In this document: piece after piece, positions 19,292 through 27,362 of the stretch
Layout: every line of letters starts with the position of its first letter
Numbering within the stretch: position 1 is the first letter of the stretch
Origin: a virus
Lineage: Duplodnaviria; Caudoviricetes
Strand: one strand, 5' to 3'
IMG/VR virus record: IMGVR_UViG_3300042549_009629
Coordinates: 1 to 53,926 of that record
DNA: 53,926 bases
Position numbers and translations under genes: made by a program
Notes under the pieces: generated by a model
Told to the model about the DNA's origin: nothing
Database searches by the model: none
The model's input: the letters and a program-made list of their open reading frames with translations, nothing else

Positions 19292-19720
19292 TTATTTAAC
19301 TAATGCAAATGTAAGTAAGGAAATTAGGGTTCCCACGAATCCTCCACCAACCCATTTAAGGCCTGTTTTTAAATTGTTATTTTCGGTAATAAGTTTATCT
19401 TTGTCTTTTTCAAGACCCGTAACTAAAATAGATTGTTTTTCTTTTATTTCAGCATAACTTTTTACTTGATTGATGTAGTTAGTATCTTTTTTTATATAAA
19501 ATAAAATAACACTATCTTTTTCAACTATTTTTTCATTTAATTGAAATACTAGTTTTTTTGTTTTCTCCAATTCTGCTTTTGCAGAATCCCCTTTAACTAA
19601 ATCAGCTGCTATTTTTTTAGCTGTTGATTGATCAAAACAAACTTTATTTATATCGTTTTGAGAAAAAATCGTCAAGTTGAGAAGGAGTGTAATTAGCAAT
19701 ATCCCTAATTTTTTTACCAT
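19292..19720 (-). CDS. Secreted coiled-coil protein with C-terminal TM helix (spanin-like component)
   Basis: Signal peptide ending IFS|Q, coiled coil, C-terminal hydrophobic helix; overlaps the upstream ORF by 77 nt. Confidence 0.5.
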   Translation of the reverse strand: MVKKLGILLITLLLNLTIFSQNDINKVCFDQSTAKKIAADLVKGDSAKAELEKTKKLVFQLNEKIVEKDSVILFYIKKDTNYINQVKSYAEIKEKQSILVTGLEKDKDKLITENNNLKTGLKWVGGGFVGTLISLLTFALVK

Positions 19721-20003
19721 AATAGTTACGTATATTTGTTATTTGTTGGTTGGTGCTATCTATTTCACAATCTAATGAATCTATTTTTGTTTGATGAAAT
19801 TCAATAGATTTATTTAATTCAACTTGTTCTTTTTTTAATCCATTTAAAACATTATTTAAACTATCAATTTGTTGTTTTTGTTTATCGTATTTAGATGAAT
19901 CGTTTTTAGTTGGTTTTAAAAATGCAAACCACAGTAAAAATAAAATAATCGCACCCATTATAAGGTGCGATATTCTAATATTTAGTATTTTGTCTTTAAC
20001 CAT
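19644..20003 (-). CDS. Inner-membrane-anchored coiled-coil protein (i-spanin/Rz-like)
   Basis: N-terminal TM helix (LIMGAIILFLLWFAFL) followed by a coiled coil; overlapped-gene architecture. Confidence 0.5.
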   Translation of the reverse strand: MVKDKILNIRISHLIMGAIILFLLWFAFLKPTKNDSSKYDKQKQQIDSLNNVLNGLKKEQVELNKSIEFHQTKIDSLDCEIDSTNQQITNIRNYYGKKIRDIANYTPSQLDDFFSKRYK

Positions 20004-20953
20004 TATTCAACTCCTCTACCAGCTGCTCTTTTTAAATCGTCCAACATTGTTTTTGGAAATTTATACTCGTCTTTAGCTTTTTTCAAATAAGCATCAACTT
20101 TAGCTTTATCGTCTTTATATTTACCAATAAATTTCAAACCTAAATTGAATTTTTCTTTTTTATCTGATGAGATATTTGATAATTGGTTTGCTGTTTTATC
20201 ACCTGCTATATCTTTAGCTGATGGACCTTCTTCATCTTCTGCATCTGAATATGACACATCATCAAATCCATCCTCTCCAGGTGTACGAGTAGCTACTTTA
20301 GGAGTATTATCTGAACCTGAACCTGCTGGTCTTCCTTTTTTACCTGTTGAAGCTGGTTTTTCTGGTTTGTTTGGGTCTGCTTTTCTACCACGTTGTCCTT
20401 TTTCTGTACCTAATACTTGTGCAGCAGCATCTTTTTCAATTGTGTTAGTTGCAATATCATCTTTAAATTTGTCACCTGCTTTTTCAGCATCTAACATTAC
20501 TACAGTTAATAAATCTTGTAGATTAATATTATGTTCTGCTTTAAGTTCTTTTTTAAGTGCAGATACATATCCTTTTAATCTTGCATTTTTACCTTCACCT
20601 GAAAATGTTGGGTTTTGTTTTAGTTTATCAATAGTAGATCGCTCAGCAGCTTTAACAGCAGATAATTCTTTACTTTTACCTTGTTTTTCTAATTGTGTTT
20701 TTAATTGAGTTATACTAGCCATTTCAGCTAATTGTTCAATTTCATCTAATTGTTCTGTTTCTTTAATATTTTGTCCAGCAGTAGTTTCAATATTTGAAAT
20801 ATTGCTGTCTTGTTTAAGATTAGTTACTGCTTTTTTCTCATCTGGGGTGTTAAAAGGCATTGTGGTAGTTTCTCCTTTTTTATTGGTTACAAGCACATTT
20901 AATGCTTCACTAATTTCTTCACGTATGATTTCAAGTAAACGAGTTTTTTTCAT
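20003..20953 (-). CDS. Putative internal head protein with AT-hook-like motifs
   Basis: Leader MKKTRLLEIIREEISE; GQRGRKA and GKKGRPAGS motifs. Confidence 0.5.
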   Translation of the reverse strand: MKKTRLLEIIREEISEALNVLVTNKKGETTTMPFNTPDEKKAVTNLKQDSNISNIETTAGQNIKETEQLDEIEQLAEMASITQLKTQLEKQGKSKELSAVKAAERSTIDKLKQNPTFSGEGKNARLKGYVSALKKELKAEHNINLQDLLTVVMLDAEKAGDKFKDDIATNTIEKDAAAQVLGTEKGQRGRKADPNKPEKPASTGKKGRPAGSGSDNTPKVATRTPGEDGFDDVSYSDAEDEEGPSAKDIAGDKTANQLSNISSDKKEKFNLGLKFIGKYKDDKAKVDAYLKKAKDEYKFPKTMLDDLKRAAGRGVE

Positions 20954-20970
20954 TTTGTATATTTTTATTT

Positions 20971-20978
20971 ATAAATAT
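20971..20978 (-). promoter_or_regulatory. Putative late promoter ATATTTAT
   Basis: 17 nt upstream of ATG 20953. Confidence 0.6.
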
Positions 20979-21508
20979 TAAGGAAATAACGTCTGTTTAA
21001 CTTTTTCAATTCTTTCCTCAACAGAACCCGATAAATGAATATAGTTTTTTATTTTAGATTTATTTTGAGTTATAATTTTTTGAATTTCTCTATCAACGTC
21101 TGTTCTATAATCTGCATCTGTAGTTCGAACTCCATTATCCTCAATTTCAACTCCTTCAGGTGAAATGTAAAATATATAATCGTATTTTCTAATTAAATGT
21201 GATGCCGCTTGACATACTTCATCTCCAATATAGTATGGAATAGATTTAGCTAAACACGTAAATGCCATTACATCAATTACTGTTCGATCTGTTATTACTC
21301 TAGAATGAAGTAATTCAGAAGCACGCTCAGCTAAAAATATAAATTGACCTTCTATTGTTGAATCTGTATTTAAAGGTATACCTAAATCACGTAAATATTT
21401 TGAACGCTCTGTTGCAAAGTAAAATTCTTTAAATTCAGGTAATTCTTTTAAAGCATTAACCAATGTAGTTTTACCTACAGACATTGTTCCTGTAAATCCT
21501 ATTTTCAT
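20978..21508 (-). CDS. NadR/AAA_28-like P-loop nucleotide kinase
   Basis: GTMSVGKTTL, ITDRTVID, YDYIFY, EDNGVR motifs. Confidence 0.75.
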   Translation of the reverse strand: MKIGFTGTMSVGKTTLVNALKELPEFKEFYFATERSKYLRDLGIPLNTDSTIEGQFIFLAERASELLHSRVITDRTVIDVMAFTCLAKSIPYYIGDEVCQAASHLIRKYDYIFYISPEGVEIEDNGVRTTDADYRTDVDREIQKIITQNKSKIKNYIHLSGSVEERIEKVKQTLFP

Positions 21509-21509
21509 A

Positions 21510-22826
21510 TTATTTAATTAAATTTTCTGCTACATAAATTGCTTGCGCTCCTGATACTGTAATACCACGTGCACTTAAAGCATCACCCACGAAATGTACG
21601 TTAGGATAATCAATCAAACTAAGATTTTCGTAATTTACTTTAACTTCAGGTGAAAGATATTTTACCTCAGGAATATACATTCCCCAATCATCTCCTAATG
21701 TTGGGAATACTTTTTTCATATCTTGGATGAAATCCCAAACATATTTAAAATAACCTTCCATAACAGGTTCAATAGTATGAGTTAATTCACCTAAACTAAT
21801 TTGAGTTGCTGTTACATTATTACCTTCAGATGTAGTTGATGGTTTGCGAGATGGACTATAATACAAACCAGTATTGTAGGCCTGTAATTTAGAAACTACA
21901 TCACGTGACCAAGTAAATGGATCTTCAATACCATTAATTTCCATTAATATACCAAAGTTAGTCATATTGTTTCTATACGCTTCGTCTTTCTTAGCGTGAC
22001 CATTGTAACTGTGATCTCCATATGTTTCTTCTACAGCAACATAAGCAGCATTATTGTTTGTACAGAATGAACGTAATGATACTCCTTCATCATCAAATTT
22101 TCTATATAACTTAAAGTCATATGAAATATCAATTAGTTTTTGAAAGTGTTCTTGTGGTGCCTCAAATCGAACACCAATTTGTACTGATTTAGGTTCATCT
22201 GGGAGTTCATATTCGTTTGCTAATTGTTGAGCAAAATCAATTCCTGATTTACCTACGGCAAAAATAAGTTCATCGTATGAAATAATATGATCATTATATT
22301 CAGGTTTATAGTATTCATAATGAACTTCTGAGTTTTTAAAATCAATATCTTTTACTTTAGCTTCCCAATGAAATTGTACACCTTTTTCAACCAAATAATC
22401 ATACCAATTTTTAGCAATTTCAGATAAATAATCTGTGCCAACGTGCCATACAGGAAATAAACGTAAACCAAAATATGGTTTAATAAATTCAGGTTCTTCG
22501 TGTGGGTCAGAACATTGTACTTCCTCTGGATTAGGGTGGAAACGTTTAAAATTAGTAATTACCTGGTCCATTAATTCCATTGCTTTATCCTCACCCGTAT
22601 ATTTAGATAATTGACCTCCAATTGCTGTATGGTAAGTTAATTTACCGTCACTCCATCCTCCAGCACCTAGAAAACCTGTCATTACCTCCTCAGGTAAACG
22701 TTTGTATGGATCTTTACCCATATCAATTATTGTAATCAATTCTCCAGGATATCCATTATCCACTAATTTAGTTGCAGCATTTACACCTGCTACACCTGCT
22801 CCTACTATTACTATTCGTTTTTCCAT
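21510..22826 (-). CDS. NAD(P)/FAD-dependent oxidoreductase
   Basis: IVGAGVAG Rossmann motif, GFLGAGGWSDGKL, IGVRFE, RSFCTN, FVGD..RGI motifs. Confidence 0.85.
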   Translation of the reverse strand: MEKRIVIVGAGVAGVNAATKLVDNGYPGELITIIDMGKDPYKRLPEEVMTGFLGAGGWSDGKLTYHTAIGGQLSKYTGEDKAMELMDQVITNFKRFHPNPEEVQCSDPHEEPEFIKPYFGLRLFPVWHVGTDYLSEIAKNWYDYLVEKGVQFHWEAKVKDIDFKNSEVHYEYYKPEYNDHIISYDELIFAVGKSGIDFAQQLANEYELPDEPKSVQIGVRFEAPQEHFQKLIDISYDFKLYRKFDDEGVSLRSFCTNNNAAYVAVEETYGDHSYNGHAKKDEAYRNNMTNFGILMEINGIEDPFTWSRDVVSKLQAYNTGLYYSPSRKPSTTSEGNNVTATQISLGELTHTIEPVMEGYFKYVWDFIQDMKKVFPTLGDDWGMYIPEVKYLSPEVKVNYENLSLIDYPNVHFVGDALSARGITVSGAQAIYVAENLIK

Positions 22827-22842
22827 TATTTATTTTATAAGT

Positions 22843-22874
22843 TTAATATACAAAAAAAGAAGTGACCTCCCAAG
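22843..22874 (-). promoter_or_regulatory. Possible host-type (Bacteroidota -33/-7) promoter
   Basis: CTTG-N20-TATATTAA, a degenerate match to TTTG-N19/21-TAnnTTTG, overlapping the terminator. Confidence 0.3.
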
Positions 22875-22883
22875 GGAGGCCAC
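22852..22883 (-). terminator. Rho-independent terminator ending the head-cargo transcript
   Basis: GTGGCCTCCC-TT-GGGAGGTCAC followed by TTCTTTTTTT. Confidence 0.85.
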
Positions 22884-22933
22884 AGATCTCTATTAATTTT
22901 TTTAAGTCGACAGGCTATGAATCTGTCTATATG

Positions 22934-23209
22934 TTATGCTTTTTTTACTGATCTTACACTATCACCTTTTGTAAAAAGATTATCGTCTTTTGCTATACCT
23001 TTCCAAAAGTTTTGTGGGTTGATATCTGAAGCTATATCTTTGGCTGTAAGTGTATATTTAGTTTCTTCAACACCATCTCTATCATCTACAGTATAACTAA
23101 CAGTATATTTGCCAGGTTTAAGATTTTTTAAAGGAGTACTTTTTAATTCAGATTCATTAAGAATACTTTTAATTTCTTCTTTAATAAGGTGTTTTAATCT
23201 ATCATTCAT
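22934..23209 (-). CDS. Small putative internal head protein
   Basis: Leader MNDRLKHLIKEEIKSILNE. Confidence 0.5.
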   Translation of the reverse strand: MNDRLKHLIKEEIKSILNESELKSTPLKNLKPGKYTVSYTVDDRDGVEETKYTLTAKDIASDINPQNFWKGIAKDDNLFTKGDSVRSVKKA

Positions 23210-23466
23210 GATTTATGTATCTTTAATTTTAATGTTCCTGTTCCTTTAATAACACGATGCCACTCATGTCTTGGGATAAATATACGTTCTTTTAGTGAGG
23301 TAGGCAAGCAATTATCTAATTGAAGTTGCCAATTTGTTTCATTTAGAATTTCAATTGTTCTATCTTCATCATCACGATGCCATAACAATTCAATTGGGTC
23401 TATATTTTCGTTAAACTCACGAATAATATATTTATCTGTAACTTCTATGTCTGTGTATGGATGCAT
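23206..23466 (-). CDS. Small cupin-fold protein
   Basis: WHRDDEDR...IFIPRHEWHRVIKG resembles the two cupin metal-binding motifs. Confidence 0.55.
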   Translation of the reverse strand: MHPYTDIEVTDKYIIREFNENIDPIELLWHRDDEDRTIEILNETNWQLQLDNCLPTSLKERIFIPRHEWHRVIKGTGTLKLKIHKS

Positions 23467-24065
23467 TAAATATCAAGTAATTTTATATTACCCTCAGAAT
23501 CATAGCCAAATTGTTCTGTGTGTATATCTAGTTTTGTTTTACCCATTATAGATGATACTTTAATTAAAAAATCAATCCATTTTTTTAATAAGTCTGGGGT
23601 TGATGTTAGGGATAATAAAGTATTTAATTCTTTTTTTAAAGAAGAGGAGGGAGTGTTTAGAAATAAATGATATAGTAAGCCAATAAAGTCTAGTCCCTCT
23701 AAATTATCATTTTCCATTAAATCATCTAATAAAATTGAATATTTTCTTTTTTTTTCACTACGCCATTTTAAATTAAAGAATTCTGTTTGTAATTTTTCAA
23801 GCTCATTAATAGCTTTTTCAGTATTTAATTTTTCTAAAACAGCATATTTGTCTGTTACTTTATAAACAATTGGGAAAATATCGGGGTGTTTTTGGAAGGT
23901 TGTTATTTGGTCTTTATTAATAGATTCTCCTTCATATGGGTCAAAAGTTTTTATTACTTTATTAGAATCTTTAGAATATGGGTAAATAATATGTTCAGAT
24001 CCTTGTCCTATAGGTTCTTTACCAGATATAGAAATTTCTTTTAATATGTCTATTAATTTTATCAT
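23466..24065 (-). CDS. Minimal protein-kinase-like enzyme with leader peptide
   Basis: IGQGSEH Gly-loop, VIK lysine, DIHTEQFG catalytic loop and terminal LLD; leader MIKLIDILKE. Confidence 0.65.
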   Translation of the reverse strand: MIKLIDILKEISISGKEPIGQGSEHIIYPYSKDSNKVIKTFDPYEGESINKDQITTFQKHPDIFPIVYKVTDKYAVLEKLNTEKAINELEKLQTEFFNLKWRSEKKRKYSILLDDLMENDNLEGLDFIGLLYHLFLNTPSSSLKKELNTLLSLTSTPDLLKKWIDFLIKVSSIMGKTKLDIHTEQFGYDSEGNIKLLDI

Positions 24066-24499
24066 TCTCCTTTACGTTCTTGCCATTCATAAGATATACT
24101 ATCTTTAACTATAGGACCACCTTTAGCCCACGTTCTACAAGTACGAGCTGAATGGCATTTGAAACTATGCATCCAACAATATCCTAATCTACCATCATTA
24201 TCTGATAATGGGCCAGGCATGCAATCTTCCATTCTTGGGGAGATATCAAACGCTGCACAATTAGCACATAATGATTGTTTAGCAGCTTCAACTGTTGTAT
24301 CCCAATGTTCTGCTAATTCATCCCAATAGTCTCCAGGTTCATCAACATTTAAAGGACCATATTTAATGTAATCTGCTTTAATAGATGAGTCTCTATTTTT
24401 AGTGTTAAGTTCTAGATTTTGGGTAGGAAGAGGGCAAGTCATAGCAGCTTCATATAATTTTCCTTCAGCTAAATATTTTCTTAAATCAAAGTTATCCAT
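24062..24499 (-). CDS. Cys-rich metal-binding protein (HiPIP-like spacing); start revised to 24499
   Basis: MDNFDLRKYLAEGKLYE start lies immediately after the upstream stop; CANCAAF...GYC-x12-CRTW motif. Confidence 0.5.
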   Translation of the reverse strand: MDNFDLRKYLAEGKLYEAAMTCPLPTQNLELNTKNRDSSIKADYIKYGPLNVDEPGDYWDELAEHWDTTVEAAKQSLCANCAAFDISPRMEDCMPGPLSDNDGRLGYCWMHSFKCHSARTCRTWAKGGPIVKDSISYEWQERKGE

Positions 24500-24500
24500 A

Positions 24501-24971
24501 TTATTTTGTTTTACCCCATTTAGTGCCTTTACCAGGTGTTTTACATTGTGCTGCTGTAGGGCGACATGAAGGATATTTAGAACGTTTTTCTCCTTCTTCT
24601 CTACCACATGCTTTATATCCTGTTATTTCACCATCTTTTCTAATAGGTGCATTACAATCAACCCATCCACCTTTTTTACCAGGTGCACCTTTACGTTTGA
24701 ACCAAGTTCGAAGAGTTTCTTTAACTTTTTCAAGAATCAATTCTTCTTTCACTTTAGCAAATCCTGATCCATAAGGAGCAGCTTTACCTGATTGTGGGTC
24801 ATCTGTTTCTTTTATGTCTTTCCAAATATCTCCTTTACGACATCTAACTACAGCACCGGATTTATAAGCCGATGGTTTATCAAATTTGCGATCAGCAATG
24901 CGTAAGCATCTGTCGCGTTTTTCTTTTTCCTCTTGTAAGACTTCTTGTATGATTTTTTTTAATCTATCCAT
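24501..24971 (-). CDS. Basic Cys-containing putative head protein with small modules
   Basis: Leader MDRLKKIIQEVLQEE; modules SAYKSGAVVRCRKG and LRTWF..GGWVDC..CGR..KYPSCRP separated by IKE/ILE sites. Confidence 0.5.
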   Translation of the reverse strand: MDRLKKIIQEVLQEEKEKRDRCLRIADRKFDKPSAYKSGAVVRCRKGDIWKDIKETDDPQSGKAAPYGSGFAKVKEELILEKVKETLRTWFKRKGAPGKKGGWVDCNAPIRKDGEITGYKACGREEGEKRSKYPSCRPTAAQCKTPGKGTKWGKTK

Positions 24972-25651
24972 CACCAAAATCCTGAAAATGAAGATTTTAA
25001 TCCAAGTAACTTAGCATAACGTGGTAATCTACATGACCAATAAGATGCTTTTGTTCTGTCTGTTTTATTTTTACAATCGTGACGTGCCGCGAATGCTCTA
25101 CGTGCTTCTGGGTTGTTTATTTTAGCTGATAGGCCTGATGTATCTCCAAAACTAACTTTTTTGATTTTTTTAGTTTTTGGATTTTTTACATAAACATAGA
25201 ATTTTTTAGATCCACCACGTTTTGGTTTTCCAATTGGAGGATTTTTCTTTTTGTCTTCTGCTTCTTCAAGTTCGTCTTCCTCTAACATAGGTAAGTCTAA
25301 AGGTACTTTTTTACCTTCATACATTCCATATTCACCTAAGCTAGTTTCAAGTAAAATTTCTTTATCATCATCGTTTACATGAATAATTTCACGTAAATAT
25401 AAGTAACGAGCTTCCGACCATAAATTAAGAAACGATTGCGAACCATATCGGAACGTGTTTTCGGTAAGTGGGAGTTGTTTATCCACGTGGTAACGCAGAT
25501 TTTCCGATAATATATCTTTTTTAACTAAACTTTCGTTTAGTACTACACCAGTGTTACCTACATTATCACAATCGTGACACCCACAATTGCATTTATCTTT
25601 TTTAGGTGGGGTAGATAGTACTTCTTTTATTAATTGTTTTAAACGTTCCAT
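24971..25651 (-). CDS. Putative head protein with basic C-terminal module
   Basis: Leader MERLKQLIKE; CNCGCHDC; C-terminal KKFYVYVK..KVSFGD..RRAFAARHDC..ASYWSC module. Confidence 0.5.
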   Translation of the reverse strand: MERLKQLIKEVLSTPPKKDKCNCGCHDCDNVGNTGVVLNESLVKKDILSENLRYHVDKQLPLTENTFRYGSQSFLNLWSEARYLYLREIIHVNDDDKEILLETSLGEYGMYEGKKVPLDLPMLEEDELEEAEDKKKNPPIGKPKRGGSKKFYVYVKNPKTKKIKKVSFGDTSGLSAKINNPEARRAFAARHDCKNKTDRTKASYWSCRLPRYAKLLGLKSSFSGFW

Positions 25652-25655
25652 ATTA

Positions 25656-25663
25656 ATAAATAT
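25656..25663 (-). promoter_or_regulatory. Putative late promoter ATATTTAT
   Basis: Only 4 nt upstream of ATG 25651. Confidence 0.5.
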
Positions 25664-26889
25664 TATTTGTTTGTTCTAATATTTATCCTTAAAGGTAATA
25701 CTTTACCTGCAGCATTCCTAGCTACAATTTGATATACTAAAGGAACTTTTTTACCACCCTCTAATACTTCACTTTCAGTTTCAATTCGAATTTCAAGTAC
25801 TTTAGTTGAAGGACCAGGATATTTTACTTTAACTGAATCTGATTTTAAGTCACCTACCATTTTATAAGCGTCTTCTGGGGATGCTACGTGATAAATAAAT
25901 AATTTTCCTCCAGGTTTTTCTCTAACATACCAGTAACCAAATCCAAAAGATGAAGCTAATAGGTTTTTAACTTTATTTATATCTACATCATTAATAGATT
26001 CCCAACTATTTGGTGTGCCTGTTTGATTAATATAATTGTTTAATCCATCTGCTATCCTTTGTGAATCAATTTTTAAAATATCAAATATTTCTTGAAATAA
26101 TGGATTATCTCCATATTTTGATTGATCAAATATTACTTTACCTTCTTTATCAAATACAATAAATGGAATATTTCCACCATTATAAATGGCAGAACCACCA
26201 ACATTTTTAATTGATAAATAATAGGTTTGTTTTGGTGCTTCAATTACAATATCTGCAATAATATCACCTATTTTTTGAGGCCCATCAAATGAAAGTTTTC
26301 TTGAAGTATCAGAAGCACCTGCAAAATAAATATCTTTAGGTACTAATTGAGAAGGATCAATTCCTAGAGTAGTAAATATTTGTTTTACTTCATAATCTTC
26401 AATTGAATCTAAAGGAGTTCCAGCCGCAGATTGTAATTTTCCAAGTAAACCTTGTTCATATTTTTCACCTTCATTTGCTCCGCCTGCTAGAACAATTTGA
26501 ACTTGACCTTCACCTTCTAAATCAAATTCAAACATATTGTATTTTGAACTATCGTTAGGCCCTTCTTTAGGACCATATACTTTAATTTTAGGTGAGTTAA
26601 ATACACTGTTTAAGATAGCAATAAATTTATCTTTATCTATTTTATTTGGATTACCTATCCTGTATGTGTCAGCCATTTTGGTTAAACCTGCTTCTTTACC
26701 TGGTTGGGAAGATGCTATAGTATCAATAGCTTTACGTGTATTAGAGGCTTTAGTTCCCTCTCTCAAGTCAATATTATGTTTAAATAGTTCACGTTCTAAA
26801 ATCAAAATATCCTGAGTATTTTTCATGTCAGGATATCCTTTTGGGAATTTATAAGATATGCTATTTAAAAATTGTTCTAAAATATCCAT
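25663..26889 (-). CDS. PD-(D/E)XK restriction-endonuclease-like protein
   Basis: GEKYE helix, then ADIVI...YLSIK (S-x-K variant); N-terminal FPKGYPD segment ending at LRE. Confidence 0.5.
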   Translation of the reverse strand: MDILEQFLNSISYKFPKGYPDMKNTQDILILERELFKHNIDLREGTKASNTRKAIDTIASSQPGKEAGLTKMADTYRIGNPNKIDKDKFIAILNSVFNSPKIKVYGPKEGPNDSSKYNMFEFDLEGEGQVQIVLAGGANEGEKYEQGLLGKLQSAAGTPLDSIEDYEVKQIFTTLGIDPSQLVPKDIYFAGASDTSRKLSFDGPQKIGDIIADIVIEAPKQTYYLSIKNVGGSAIYNGGNIPFIVFDKEGKVIFDQSKYGDNPLFQEIFDILKIDSQRIADGLNNYINQTGTPNSWESINDVDINKVKNLLASSFGFGYWYVREKPGGKLFIYHVASPEDAYKMVGDLKSDSVKVKYPGPSTKVLEIRIETESEVLEGGKKVPLVYQIVARNAAGKVLPLRINIRTNK

Positions 26890-27362
26890 TATGCTTCAGG
26901 TGTTTCTTCTGGTGGGGTTTCAGCTGGGGTTTCAGCTGGAGGTGTTTCTTCAGATGGTGGGACTCCTAAATCTTCCATTCCCGGTTCAACTGTTTCTTCT
27001 TTAGTTCCGTATCTTAATAGGTTAGCTATAGATTGTGCTGCTCTTTCTTCTTCAGGTAAATTTAATAAATAATATTTTTTACCTTCTACTTGAGCGATCC
27101 AACTACGTTTACCATATATTAAATAAAATGATTGATCATTTTTTAAATTCATTCTAAATGTAGTAGGACGTGGTGCAACCCAATCAATTGAAGCTAAAAA
27201 ACTATCATATTCTGGGGTTAATAGATCAACAAGAACAGCTTTTAATTCAGGAAATTTTGTTAGCTCATCATATTGAACAGCTTCCTCAGATGTAATCGTT
27301 TGATTAGAATACACTTGTTTGATTAAAACCCTTAATTTATGTTGAAGATCTTTAAGTGTCAT
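26889..27362 (-). CDS. Hypothetical protein with acidic Pro-rich tail
   Basis: Clean ORF coupled by TAATG overlaps; ETPPAETPAETPP tail. Confidence 0.5.
   Translation of the reverse strand: MTLKDLQHKLRVLIKQVYSNQTITSEEAVQYDELTKFPELKAVLVDLLTPEYDSFLASIDWVAPRPTTFRMNLKNDQSFYLIYGKRSWIAQVEGKKYYLLNLPEEERAAQSIANLLRYGTKEETVEPGMEDLGVPPSEETPPAETPAETPPEETPEA

Noticed and set aside
22884-22933. preQ1-I riboswitch
   Set aside because: The hairpin plus A-tract is superficially similar, but the loop is short, no convincing loop-tail pseudoknot is present and the downstream gene is not queuosine-related. Kept only as an unnamed candidate.
24500-24607. N-terminal extension of ORF 24062-24607
   Set aside because: It overlaps the upstream gene; ATG 24499 directly follows the upstream stop and begins a typical leader.
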